From contig JAWMAR010000788.1 in the NCBI GenBank assembly GCA_036785375.1, positions 124,001-188,000 of the forward strand: a stretch of DNA of 64,000 bases. The letters run 5' to 3'. Positions 39,362 to 52,504 of the stretch are shown here, piece by piece; the first letter of the stretch is position 1, and every line of letters begins with the position of its first letter. The position numbers and the translations under genes were made by a program. Under the pieces are notes generated by a model that was not told the DNA's origin, searched no databases, and saw only the letters and a list, made by a program, of their open reading frames with translations. Origin of the DNA: Leucoraja ocellata. Lineage: Eukaryota.

Positions 39362-42112
39362 ACAAAGATATTTTGTTCATTGTTCATGATTCTGCTATTG
39401 GTATGAATTGTAGTTAAGAGTCCAACTGAAATATGAGTCCTAAAGTACTTAATCTTGCATTATCTACAGTTCATACCAATACTAGAATGATGAACAATGA
39501 ACAAAATATCGTTGTCAAAATTTAGCAAGATTAAGTACTTTAGGACTCGTATCTCATTGTGGATTTGGTAGTTTTTGGATAATGGGCCTGCTGTCAAACA
39601 TTATTACCCACTCAGTTTCTACTTTGCACTTTGAAGTTACATCTTTGTGAATTCTCTAAAGTCCACAATCATAACACATATTCTTCGTTCTATTTATTAT
39701 AACTACCTCACCATTATAAATCGAGAAACAATATTAATGTTCATTAATATTAAATAAAATAATATTTTGTATAATAGGCATGAATGGATCTGGAAGGCCA
39801 AATTACCTATTTTGGGGCTACTCATTCTTTGCACTATTTTGCAAATTAGGCTTCCGGCTTGAATAACCATCCTCTAATTGAAGGAGCACTTATGCCAAAT
39901 AGAGCTCACCCACCTGCTGCTAATTTACATCAAATCAGCAGTTGAACCTAATGCTCTGTTCATTTGTTATGGTTCTTCAGCCACTGTCTAGAGCAGCAAA
40001 AAGATTTGAAAAGCCTTTAATTACCTGTTGACATTTTGTTTGAAACAACCAAGGATAAATGTGTGTTGCTTCACCAAATGAAACAGTCAAATGTTTTTCC
40101 TTCCTAGACTCAGGTCTCCGACTCCCTTGATGATTCAGTGCAATAGAGTGAAGTTTTGATGATATTTACTTTATGACTTCCTTAGTTTGTACTCACATTT
40201 ATTGGCCTCTGGCTTCCAATCCCGTTCAAATAACTTTTCACACTCCAGGCTAGTACCTTTCTCTTAATAACTATTGAGGAAGTGAAAAAGTTAAACAATC
40301 CCTAACAAAAGCTCAGGATAATGTCCAGAATATATCCAGGAGGTCCTGCAAGCTACAGTCAAAGTCTTTAACTCTAGTCAGGCACATTTTAACCTTGATT
40401 GGCTTATTCCTACCTCGTTCAGACATGCCTGTTTGATCATTTGGCTGTTTTCATGGAATTCCTTTGAGGCAGCTCTGAATGGTATGTCGGTAATGTATCG
40501 ACAAGTCTACACTGAACAAATGCCTAAAAAATAACTCACTTACATTGTTGATCAGCAAAGCAACTGATTTCAGCCCCGGACAAAAAGTATCTTACTGGGA
40601 AACAGTCCATTTGTTGATAGACTCAAAATGCTGAAGTAACTCAGCAGGACATGCAGCATCTCTGGATAGAAGAAATGGGTAACGTTTTGGGTCTCAATCC
40701 AAAACATCACCCATTCCATCTATCCAGAAATGCAACCTGCCCCGCTGAGTTACTCCAGCATTTTGTGTCTATCATCGATGTAAACCAGCATCTGAGTTCC
40801 TTCCTAAACAGTTTTCCACTTAACTTGTTGCAATCATCAATGTTGTTGCTTAAACCAAATAAAAATGAAACATGTTATTTTGCTAGGTGGAAAGTGCCTA
40901 GACATTTTCCCTATGAGATTTAAACTCCTTGCGCTATCCTTCAGGGGATAAGATAGTATTGTAGTTAACTTGGAATCACAAGGAACTGCAGATGCTGGAA
41001 TCTTGAGCAAAACGCAAAGTGCTGTAGTAACAGGTCAGGCAGTATCTGTGGACAGAAATGGATAGTGACATTTTGAGTTGGGATCCTTCTCCAAAGATCC
41101 TGAATCTGACCCTGATAATAAATGGTCAGTGACACCTATATTCTCTTGCATAAATACTTTGTATTTGAAATGTGACATCATTCCATGACCCCATCTGCTT
41201 TCAGTTGGGACAAATGATCCAAGGGCACTATTTTTCCTTTGTTTTCCAACCAATACTTTCCCCTTCAAAATAAGTTTAATCATATTTGTGGGAGCTTGCT
41301 ATCCATAATGTGACTACCGAGATGACCTAATTATGAAATTAACCATTAATTAAAAAAATCTTGGTTGACAGTAAACATTTTTGGGACGATGTGACTATAA
41401 ATGCAAATTGTTCAATTTTGTGGAAAAAAATTACTCAATAATTGTCAGCTATTCTTCAATACATCCATAAGCTTCTTTCAAAATATTTTATTTTACGTTT
41501 CTGGATTTAAAAAAAAACTTGAACTATGAATTCAACATTAATTTTTCAAAGCACATTATTATGTAATTGTTGTTGTCGGTCCAAAGCCAAGATCCAGTTG
41601 TCCAGGCACCATGATAACATCACAGTTCCAACAGTAGAGATTTTGAGGGGTTAGGACTACAATAACACATACCCCATTGAGATGTCGCTGGTGCAGGCAT
41701 TCCAAAACTGTCTAACTGGGAGATGTCTGCTTGGCTGTGTTTCGAACACATTAACAACAAAATGAAAATTTAAAAAATACCTACATCCCCTATTAATTAC
41801 TTGCTGGATCACAACAATATTGATTATGTTAAGTTAAAGGAATGCTTGTATTACAAGGATAGGAGCATTTTACCATCCAATGAATTCTAATAACCACTTC
41901 CAAGGAAATGCAAGCACAATTTACATAATTTCTTCTTAGCAATTAGCCCTTGCGGCCCTAATAATATTCTGATGAATCCGGGATGCACTCTGTTAACATA
42001 ACTTTATTTTAGTTTGATACTCAGCAGAGTACAGAGTATTCCAAATATAAGGTAGATACAAAATGCTGGAGTAACTCAGCGGGACAGGCAGCATCCCTGG
42101 GGAGAAGGAATG

Positions 42113-42145
42113 GATGACGTTTCGGGTCGAGACCCATCTTCAGTC
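42113..42145 (-). ncRNA. Minimal type-I hammerhead ribozyme motif in a Penelope-derived unit (unit about 42050-42147)
   Basis: Reverse complement reads GA-CTGAAGA-T-GGGTCTCGACCC-GAAA-CG-TC-ATC: CUGANGA core, stem II, GAAA, palindromic ACGU loop III, GUC triplet. Confidence 0.65.
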
Positions 42146-45100
42146 TGATCAGAGAGAGTGAGTTTGCTGAAAATGTAGAATTTGATAATGAATCCAAAGG
42201 CAGCAATACAGAAGATGGGGTATTGTTCCCAAGTTTACATTATAACAGGGCCGGAGGCCACAATAGGGCAGAGTGGGAGTGGGGTAGAGAATTGAAGTGT
42301 GAGGGAGAAAAGAAAACTCAGTGACACCGCTGTGGCGACTGCAGGTATTCTGCAAAGCAATCACCATATCTGAGGTTTGTGTAAAGGAAACCACCTTGAG
42401 AGTACTGAATGGAATATATTACCTTAGAGGAAGTGCAAGTGGATCATTCTTTCAACTGCAGGGAATGTTTGAATGGTAGAAAGAGGAGAGATAAAAGAAC
42501 AGGTGTTGCACCTGGTGCAGTTGTGTGGGAAAGTGCCAAAGCAACCAGGGGCTGAGTACTATTACACCAAAACCAGTGTCCAGGTGCTAGACTAATATTT
42601 GTATTTGAATCGGCAGGATTTGGAATACCAGAAAATATTTGTCTCTTTGTATGATACATCACGTCTCGGTGTTATTAAATAACTATGAACATCCAACTTA
42701 GGCCGATGTTTGTGTTCAGTGAGTCAAAGACGGTCTAATCACAGCTGGTAAGTAAAGCTATCAAACCAAGCAATAATGGTGTATGAAAAGCAAAGGAAGA
42801 TGGATGCTGGAAATCTAAATGTGGAAGAGAAAAGAGCGTGATGAAATACCTGGCAAGATAGGCTGCATCTGTAGAGAGAGTAAACTTCACACAAAGGGTG
42901 GTGGGTGTATGGAACAAGCTGCTAGACGAGGTAGTTGAGGCAGGGACTATCCCAACGTTTAAGAAACAGACAGGTACATGGATAGGACAGGTTTGGAGGG
43001 ATATGGACATGGAGGGATATGGCAGGTGGGACTAGTGTAGCTGACACATGTTGGCCGGTGGGGAAGTTGGACCTGTTTCCAAGCTGTAACACTCTATGAC
43101 TCTCTCTCAGGAGAGAGAATAAACTGGGTACACGTTACAAATAGATAACCTTTCATTACATAATCTGATAAAGTCTTGAAATGGTGACTATCTGACATTG
43201 CTGAATTCAGTGATGAATCCTGAGGGCTTTACTGTTCCAGGTCAAAAGATCAGACATTGTTTCTGAAGCATATTTTACTGGAAGAGGGTACAAAACTAAA
43301 GACAGAGGGGGCAATGGGGGAGTGGGATGGGGAATTAAAGTGACAGGCAACTGGAAGCTCAAGGTCACCTTTGCAGATTAGATAAAGCTGTGTTTCATAA
43401 AGTGGTTCGATTTCTCCAAATAGAAGAGACTGCATTGTGTACACTAAATGCAATACACTAGAATGAGAGTACATCAACCATGGATTCACCTGAATTCAAA
43501 CTGGATCGCTAGATAGCGAGAAGGGGAGAGCTAAAAGGGTAGGTTGCAAGGGAAGTTTTGGTGGAGATGGAAGAATGAAGCTGGAAGTTGCAAAATGGTC
43601 CCTTTAGATTGTTGAAAGATGAGAGAATGGGAAGATGTATCCAGTGGTGGCTTTCAGTAGCATAAATAATCGAGGAAATGTGTTAAATATAGAGACTGGT
43701 GGGTGGAAGTGGGAGGACAAAGAGATTCCTGTATTTTTGTTGCGTGGGAGGAGAGGAGGTTAAGAACAGAATTGTGGGAAATGGAACAAATGTGATTGAG
43801 AGCCCTGATAATTATGAAGAGGAGTCACAGCACTATTGACAATTAAGAAGAAAGGAAAACATCATTATTTTTAATTGCTGTCTAGCTGCATGAGGAGAGA
43901 CGTGTAATGCCATAGCAATACTCTGGGTGATGTGTGTTTTTGCTGCCTATGCCAACTTGGAATTAAAACATTGACCATAAATTTGTCAAATTATAATATA
44001 AAACTCAACTGGTTAATCTCAGTTCAACCTGCCCCCTGTGAGAAGTGTTGATATCAGATTTCACTCTTGCACCATTTCTCCTCTCTGACCCAACAAGCCC
44101 CTCAACTGTGTCAAACAGAAGTAAGAGTTCCTTCAACACATCGTACAAGCAAGGAAGTGTAGATGCTAGTTTATAGACTACTGAGGAAAAGTCCCGACCC
44201 GAAATGTCACCTATGTTCTGCAGAGATGCTGCCTGACTCTTTGAGTTACTACAGCACTGTATGTCCTTTCCTTCAATACAAAACTGAATGCTTTAAGAAA
44301 AAGGTGACTCACACCACCTACTCAAAGATAAATATAGTTTGCCAATAAATGTTAGGTTATTCAAGCAGTGATCATCCAGCCTTTGCCATTTGCCATAATG
44401 ATAAAAATGAATCCTAATAAAGTACTTAACAGCTTGAAAGAAAAAAAGGATTTTGATGAAATGGTGCAACAGTATGAGTGAATGAAGCTGTCATCTCTTC
44501 ATCAAGCAAATAGTTCCAGCATCAATTAATTGAATTCTGCAGCATAATTACTTTGAATGCTTGTTACAGACATCATTGGTTCAATGGAAACGTGCAATAG
44601 TGGGCTGAAATCATCTGTAAATTTTTCTGGAATGAATGAAGTTTGCAGAACATTCATTTGTTCATTAGTCCAACTCCCACTTTTTGAAAAATATTACTTA
44701 AATTGCATCCTGCATCCTTCCAAACAATGAATATCGCTCATAAAACTATAGAACAACTTATTTTTGACAATTGTCTTAAATCTGTGTGTTTTTTGATTAA
44801 CAGTCCATCTTACCGAAGCAGCTTTTCCCTAACTAAATGAAGTCCCTCACATTTTGGATTCCTCTATTGAATCTTCTCTTTTCCTCTTCTTTGATTTACT
44901 TCCCCAATCTCTTCACTTTATGCTCACTGGTATCTTGAAGTAGATGATGCAGAGTGAATTGCATAAAGAAAATTCAGCCCGGTATCAGAAATGTTGTATT
45001 CCCTCTGCATGAATTACACAGAATTGGTCATGCATCAAAGACTATTTGGTCAGTGCTGGTGTGTATGACCTTTTACAAGCCTTCTCCACCTCTCTTCATC

Positions 45101-46877
45101 TCAGTTTATTCCTCTTATCGTTCTTCCTCATGATTATATCTAGATGCATATATGGTATTTGCCTCAACTATTCCTCCCATTTTCTGCACCGTTCTCTATT
45201 GGCAGTACCTTAATCTCGTTTCTCCCGGTCTGCTCTATTCCTTCTGTATTTCTATCATAATCACCATAACTTCATCTCAGTTTATAAGCTGAGATGAGGA
45301 GAGGTAGAGGTTTGTAAAGGACATAAACATCAGAACTGACTAAAAAATGTTAGATTTCTATCAAATCACTATAACATACCCTTTTCAAAAAGAGTTCCAG
45401 CTTGTTCAATCTTACCTGAAGGGTGGAATCTCCTATAGTTCTGAAATTAATCTTGTAAATCACTTCTGCACCTTCTGATATGTTTTGTTATGCTTTTACA
45501 ATATGGACACCAGAATATGTTTCATTAAACACTGTATTTGCTAAGCTGCTAATGATGAACATTTAGACTGTAAGAGAATCAAGGGTAATACTAAATGGGC
45601 AGGAAAGTGGAGTAGAAGCCCACAATTATATCAGATCTGATTATATTAAATGGTTAAATAGTGAAGTGGGTTGCATGGTCTACATCTGTCACTTGTAATG
45701 GTTCTATGTGATCTCAACTGTCTGCTCTAATCAAGGTTTGATATATTTTACATTCCTGCTTTTTAGTTCTACCTTCAGAAATGAACCCGTTGTTTTGCAG
45801 AAGTCCAAAGAGGCTGCAGATATTGGAAACTACAGCAAAGAACAAACTGCTGAAGGAACTCAGTGGGTCAGGCAGTATCTGTGGAGGGAAATGGAAGGGA
45901 ATGGAAGACTTTATTGTCATCTGTGACAATGCACAGTGAATTTCTTTGCTTACATACCCAAGGTATGCAAATAGACGCCACATACGGTGTTGACAAAATT
46001 ACAAAGTAACTCTCCTTGTTACTGTCAGCTCCTCCTTTGTTCTCCCCTTCCCCTCCAGGTCCTCATTGTTCTCCCTCCACTCCCCTCCCACCGGGTGGTC
46101 CCACCAAGGCAGGTCCTCCATTGTTCATTGTTCTTCCCCACTCCCTCACAGCGGCCCCCCCACGCTGGGTCAGATACCATCATCAAAATAAAGAAGGGTG
46201 CTGACTCAAAACATCGTCAGTCCATTTGCCTCCGCGAATGTTGCATTAGGGTTTTAGCTGTATGTCTCCATGGCTCTTAACTACATGCACTCAATAAATG
46301 TAGCCATTTAAGAGAGATGTAATGCCAGTCCCCATTGAACTAAGTGGCAGGGCCCGGCAAGCAGAAGCTCTTGGGTAAAAGCCAAAGCATCTATTATTCA
46401 TCACTGTCTGCAAGTGCTGCCAAATCTACCTGGGTGTGTCGTGAGGTTTCATCGTATGATCTTGCTGTGTGCAATTCTGTTTGCCATGCTACAGGAAGGA
46501 TGTGATAATGTTGGAAAGCGTGCAGAATAGATTCACAAGAATGTTGCCAGGACGAGGTTTAAAGAAAGATTGAATAGGCAGGGACTCTTTTCCCAGGGAG
46601 GGCTGATTTTATAGATGTTAATAAGTTTCTTTTCTCAGGGTAAGTGTGTCTAAAACTAGGAGACAGAGTTTTAAGATGAGGGAGGAAATAGTTGAAGGGA
46701 ATCTGAGCAGCAAGCTTCACCCACAGTGTGATGGATATATGGAATGAGCTGCCAGAGGAGGTGGTTGAGGCAGGTGCAATTGCAATATTTAAAAGACATT
46801 TGGACAGGTACGATGAAAGGAAATGTTTTGGGAGATATGAGTGAAATGTAGATTGATAGGATTAACATAAAGAGGCA

Positions 46878-47081
46878 AAATGTTTAAGAAGGTAGTGCAA
46901 ATGCTGGAAAATCGAAGGTAGACAAAAATGCTGGAGAAACTCAGCGGGTGCAGCAGCATCTATGGAGCGAAGGAAATAGGCAACGTTTCGGACTGAAGAA
47001 GGGTTTTGGCCCGGAACGTTGCCTATATCCATAGCTCCATAGATGCTGCTGCACCCGCTGAGTTTCTCCAGCATTTTTGTC
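46878..47081. mobile_element. Penelope-derived fold-back element with a central hammerhead-like motif and 15-bp TSD
   Basis: Long inverted arms (GACAAAAATGCTGGAGAAACTCAGCGGGTGCAGCAGCATCTATGGAGC); TSD TAACATAAAGAGGCA at 46863-77 and 47082-96. Confidence 0.8.
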
Positions 47082-50000
47082 TAACATAAAGAGGCATGCT
47101 GGTTGGTTGGCTGGCATGGACAAGTTTGGCTGAAGAGCATACTTCCATGCAGAAAAACTCTAGTACATTTCCCTCTTGCCCTGGCCTTGGCAGTTTAATA
47201 TCCAGCTTTTTTTTTAACATTTCTGGTATTGTCACAAATGAAAAGTACACAATTATTACATACACCTATTGCACTGTGCAGTACTCTAGATGTTTTGATT
47301 GCTGAGCAACCCTTATGGTTGGTCATCTTGATTGGGTATTTGCAAGAGGGAAGGGCACTGTTTGCACAATCTATCCAGTTCCTGATCTGAATGACATGCA
47401 TTAAAGGTAGGCAGATTTGCTGTCAGGTGTCCTCTACACTAAGCTAAAGGGTGGAGTACAGTACTGGGATATTCCACATTCTGTGGGGGTGCCCTGCCTC
47501 TCAAACGCTCAGTAGACTAGTAGCACTAAATGGAATCAGAGTTGTCACTTTATTTGTTAAGGGGTTGCATAAGGAAATGACTGACTCTGCTGCGTCACTG
47601 AGGTTGTGCTCCCCATCAGGTATGAGTGTACCTGTCAACTCTCTTCAGACCCCTTGCATCTTGCCAGCTAATAGGTTTCCCTGGAGGTGCGGCTCCCCAG
47701 GGCTATGTTGAGGTGTTCTGCCACTTCTTACTAAAACCTCCACCCTAAATGGCTGTACCTTATGGTTAACGGACCAACAACCGGAGAAAAGAAGGTGAAG
47801 GTAGGCAAGAAAAGCTAATCGGTGGTTCTTTGTGGCACAGAAACTGAGACTTTGCGAGAAAAATGTGTGGAATGTGATTGATGAAGTGGTTGAGCTTTCA
47901 CTCTGTATTTGCAAAGAGAGTTGTGTCAGACTTGTACAAACCAGTACCAGCGTGTTCAGGCTACTGTAGCCATGAGAAAAGTAATATTATTTTCATTAAA
48001 ATGGAAAGAAATATTTGGAAGGAACATTAACCCATGTAATTAACTTTAATGTTTTTATATAAGGTAAATAGAGAGATTGTTCCCATTGTTGGGTGAAATG
48101 AGGACAGAATTAAATTGATATACAAAGGCTATGAGGGGCTGGTAGGAATTATGAGGAATACAAGGACATTGTTTTTTTTAAACTGCGGTTATGATGTGCA
48201 GATTGCCACCTTTGAGAGGAGTGAAAATATACTTTTCAGAAAAGAGCTGAAAAAGGTTGAGGGAAAATAATTTGCAAGCCTGTTGTGAAAGAACATGGAT
48301 AGACACAAAATGCTGGAGTAACCCAGCGGGACAGGCAGCATCTCTGGAGAGAAGGAATGGGTGATGTTTCGGGTCGAGACCCTTCTTCTCACAAACAAAT
48401 TGAGTTGAATGATGAAGAACCAGCATAGTCTGAATGGGTCAAATGGCCTCCTGTGCCATAACGATTCTAACTTCTGAATGATCTCTTTATCAATTTCTTG
48501 CACTGTCAGCTAAAGCATTTATAATTTTTGATGGAAGAATTGATACAAATCAATTTTTAACATCTGAACCCTGTTCCAATAAAAACACTTCTTGTTACTT
48601 TCATAAGAACACTGGAAAATAGAAGCAGGAACAGTCTAAAGAAGGGACTCGACCTGAAACGTTAGCTATCCATGTTTTCCAGGTGTGCTGCCTGTCCCAC
48701 TGAGTTACTCCAGCACTTTTTCTTTTTCCAAAAAAGAAGCAGGTACAGGTCATCGGACCCCTCCTCTTTAATACAATCATAGCTCATCTATGCTGACCTT
48801 AACTCCTCTTTTGTGCCAGTTTCTCACACCCCTCAATTCCTTAAATTTCAAATATTTTTCCACCTCTGTCTTAAATGTATCTAATGCATCTGCATCCCTT
48901 GTGGTCCCTTATTTTCTATGCAGCTTTATTTTACAGCTATGTCCATTTGATCATAACTCTCCCACAGGTTTTCTGCCAGGAGTCTCCATAGGCGGGTAAC
49001 TGTCATAGAAAGAAGGAATAAGTTTATTGGCCAAGTAGTCACATACAAGGAATTTGCCTTGGTCCTCTGCCCGCAAGTGACAACATGACATAGAGAGACA
49101 GTTAGGAATGACACATAGAACATTAAATATTGAGACTGCTTAATCATCATAGAGCAGAGTTTCAAATTCTTATTGGTTTGAACTACCCAGCATCAATAAG
49201 AATGATGTTTTGAATACTGCACCTACAGTATCTCTCCTCAGAACTTCCCAAAACACTTCACAGTTAATGAAGTAAAAGAGATAGACTTTGAAGTGCTGTC
49301 ATTGTGATAGTACAGGTAGATGAAAATCAGCATCCAATCTTTGCTGAGTGAGTTCTCACAAATAGCAATGTCATAACATATAGATAATCTGCTTTTAATC
49401 ATTATGGATAAACATAGGCCAAGATATCAAAGAATCATAACAAAATCTAGGAAAAGGCCATTTGGCCCATTGCTTTTATTTCAGTTCTGCATCTCCTAAA
49501 TCAAATTTCCAGTACCTGATCGCAGGTCCTGCAAATCATTGCTTCCTCAGGACATGTTCACACATGTTCTAAATGCAATGAGGATGTCTACCTATTTCTG
49601 TTCACTGTGAGGGAGCAAATTCAAGACCTCTAACACCGTCTGAATAAATAAACATTCCCTCATTCCCCTCTCATTCTTTATTTCAAACAATTACCTCCGA
49701 ATTATTGGTTCCTCAAACCGGAAAAATATTCCTTCCTTCTTTTTCACTCTATGTCTGAACTAAGTCTCCACGCACCCTCTGTATCAAAACGGACCTAGCC
49801 CATCCTCATTCTCGCCTATCATCATATCATTTTCCAATCCTGATAGCTTTCTCATGACTCCGATGCACTCATTCTGGTGCAATCACACGTCATGGATTAT
49901 ATCCTGCTCTTCTCATGAAATGTTGCTGTGGAAACCTTTCACCTAAGAGAGAAAACAATGCCTTGATGACACATCTGATGGATGACTCCTGCTCAACATT

Positions 50001-50202
50001 CCCTGACTGGTGTGCCATCCTAGGATGGGCCTTGAACCAATATCCTTATATGGAGAGAGGCAAGATTGCTACCCTTGGGCCATGCCAGACAACATCAGAT
50101 AAGATTGCCATTGGGGTTAGCACTTTATATTCTGCGTGAGAGATAAAACTTAGTTAACACTGTTACAAATGAGCCATACTGTTAAACAACGCTGATTGAT
50201 CT

Positions 50203-50232
50203 GCGCCCTCTGTTGACATTTCTACTTCCGGA
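50203..50232. promoter_or_regulatory. Putative CTCF (- strand) plus ETS site, 1.2 kb upstream of the first coding exon
   Basis: Reverse complement TCAACAGAGGGCGC at 50203-16; ACTTCCGG at 50225-32; locally retained CpGs. Confidence 0.35.
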
Positions 50233-50859
50233 TTTCCAGTTCAGCCTGACTGGTTAGATTTGTATATCATAGGTTAGGGCAGCATTTTGTATTCATTAAT
50301 TCTCACAAAAAATAGCAGAGAAACCATAAACAGGGAAAATTATAACCACCTAATTAGCAGATCGTAGCAAGCTGGATTGTACATTTTTACACATACTGAT
50401 TATTTCCCCTCCCTTGGGGTCTGAATAATTCATCTTCTGGCACTGAGATCAAATGGGTTCAAAGTTCTTATCTGCTGATTGCATTCAGCTTTTGGGAGAG
50501 CTGAATATCAGAGGGTAAGCCAACATCGTCAAACACATTTAGCATAGGAACTGAAGATATATTTATCCTCAGTGAGCCTCCATTAGGCTTTTTATGACCA
50601 TTTTATTTCACTTTGGTCTTTTGGAAATATTTCCTGTTGATTTGGAAGAGTTTTTTTTCTGTGTGATGCAGAATAAACAGTCCGGAAATCATCAACTGAA
50701 TGAATATTAAGGTCATAGACTATTATGACCTTAATATTATAAACCATCAACTGAATGAATATTAAGGTCATAATATCAAAGACTTGAATTTGACACCACT
50801 TCTTATAAAATTAAGGTACCTCATAGAGTTTTGTAGTCAAAGAAGGATTGTTGTAGTCA

Positions 50860-50997
50860 GTCAGTACTGCCATTGAACACACATAATCCTCCAAAATTTC
50901 AGCCACCTCCAACGGGATCCCACCACAAACCACATATTCCCATCTCCACCCCTTTCCGCCTTCCACAGAGACCATTCCCTAGCAACTCCCTGGTTAT
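50860..50997 (+). mobile_element. Penelope-like element coding remnant
   Basis: Translates to ...HLQRDPTTNHIFPSPPLSAFHRDHSL..., characteristic of the linker between Penelope RT and GIY-YIG. Confidence 0.7.
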
Positions 50998-51223
50998 TGC
51001 CCCTGTCCCACTTAGGAAACCTGAACGGAAACCTCTGGAGACTTTGCGCCCCACCCAAGGTTTCCGTGCCGTTCCCGGAGGTTGCAGGTGGTTGCCGGCG
51101 GTTGCAGGTAGTGGAAGCAGGTAGGGAGACTGACAAAAACCTCCGGGAACCGCACGGAAACCTTGGGTGGAGCGCAAACTCTCCAGAGGTTTCTGTTCAG
51201 GTTTCCTAAGTGGGACAGGGGCA
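50998..51223. mobile_element. Harbinger-like MITE, 226 bp (copy 2), inserted into a Penelope fragment
   Basis: TIR TGCCCCTGTCCCACTTAGG...CCTAAGTGGGACAGGGGCA, flanked by TAT and TAA. Confidence 0.87.
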
Positions 51224-51431
51224 TAACTCTTTCTCCAGAGATGCTGCCTGACCCGCTAAGTTACTCCAGCATTTTGTGTCTATCTTGGCTATAAATCATC
51301 ATCTGTAGTTCCTCCCTGCATGGTGCATCAGTGATAATGGATATTCTGATTTAGCGATCTAATTATTAGTACAAGATGTAACTTGGCACTAATCTCATTT
51401 TTTTTTTTCAGTGGGCTACTGATAACTTATA

Positions 51432-51539
51432 ATGGCCTCTGTGAAAGATCCACTAACAAAGGAGCTGGAGGAGGAACTAAAACTGAATACCGATGATATC
51501 CGTAGCCATGCCTGGTTCCATGGTCCTATCCCACGGCAG
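51432..51539 (+). CDS. SH2D3A: NSP-family (BCAR3-like/SH2D3A) first coding exon, MASVKDPLTKELEEELKLNTDDIRSHAWFHGPIPRQ; the exon itself spans 51412-51539
   Basis: Poly-T tract and AG acceptor at 51410-11; ATG at 51432 preceded by in-frame TGA and TAA; the motif KELEEEL.L...D.RSHAW.HG.IPRQ matches the pre-SH2 segment of BCAR3/SH2D3C; GT donor at 51540 (phase 0). Paralog assignment is inferred. Confidence 0.85.
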
Positions 51540-51735
51540 GTTGGAAATCTCTGTCCATTTCCCCCTATGTCTGTGAACCATGAAAATAATATATAAGTAA
51601 TTTCATACCAGCTGTATAATTTGCCTTTTCATAATTACCAAGGATTATGCAATTGACATTTTATTTCTTTTGAAGTTAAGCACCTTTGTCACCACTGGGT
51701 CATTCTGTGTCACTCCAAAATTTAAGTAGGCACTT

Positions 51736-52057
51736 GGGGCAGCATGGTGGCGCAGTAGCATAATTGCTGCCTTGCAGCGCCAGAGACCCGGGTTCGATCC
51801 AGACTACGGGCGTTGTCTGAATGTAGTTTGTATGTTCTCCCCGTGACCACGTGGGTTTTCTCCAGGTGCTCTGGTTTTGTCCCACACTTCGAGGACTTGC
51901 AGGTTTGTAGGTTAATTGGCTCGATAAAAATTGTAAATTGTCCCCAGTGTGTGTAGGATAGTGTTAGTGTACCGGTTGATAGCAGGTCAACACCGACTGG
52001 GTTGTCCGAAGAGCATGTTTCCGCGCTGTATCTCTAAAACTAAAACTAGAACTAAAG
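51736..52057 (+). mobile_element. HE1-like V-SINE
   Basis: Full head, V core and (CTAAA)n tail; intronic. Confidence 0.88.
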
Positions 52058-52504
52058 CTTTGTGGCATCAGTCAATTCTGCATCCTTTTGGAATTTTGAC
52101 AGAGGGATGCAATTCCAAGTGCATCACTCATAAAGGAATCTTGTAGGGGAAGATGGGCCACATTGTGTTGCCCATCTACTAGGTGAAATTTCCCTCCCCC
52201 TGTATTTAATTCTGCTGGTCCCGATTCCTTCTATTGTTTCTATAAATACCATGCCCAGTGATTTTGCAGATACTTTTTCTACCCTTTATCCCAACGCCAT
52301 TGATTCTGCCAGATCTTGACCAGTCCCCGTTCTATTACATTCACGAACATGTAGTAGGCAGGATTGGGTGTTGATCGTGAAGATTGGTTATCAGTTGACT
52401 TTTGGTGTTTAAAGTAGGAAAATGCTCTAATCCCAACCTGGAAACCTACAATTAATTATAAAAATAAATTGAAAAAGCAAAGAATTATTGTACTTTAGTT
52501 GTTG

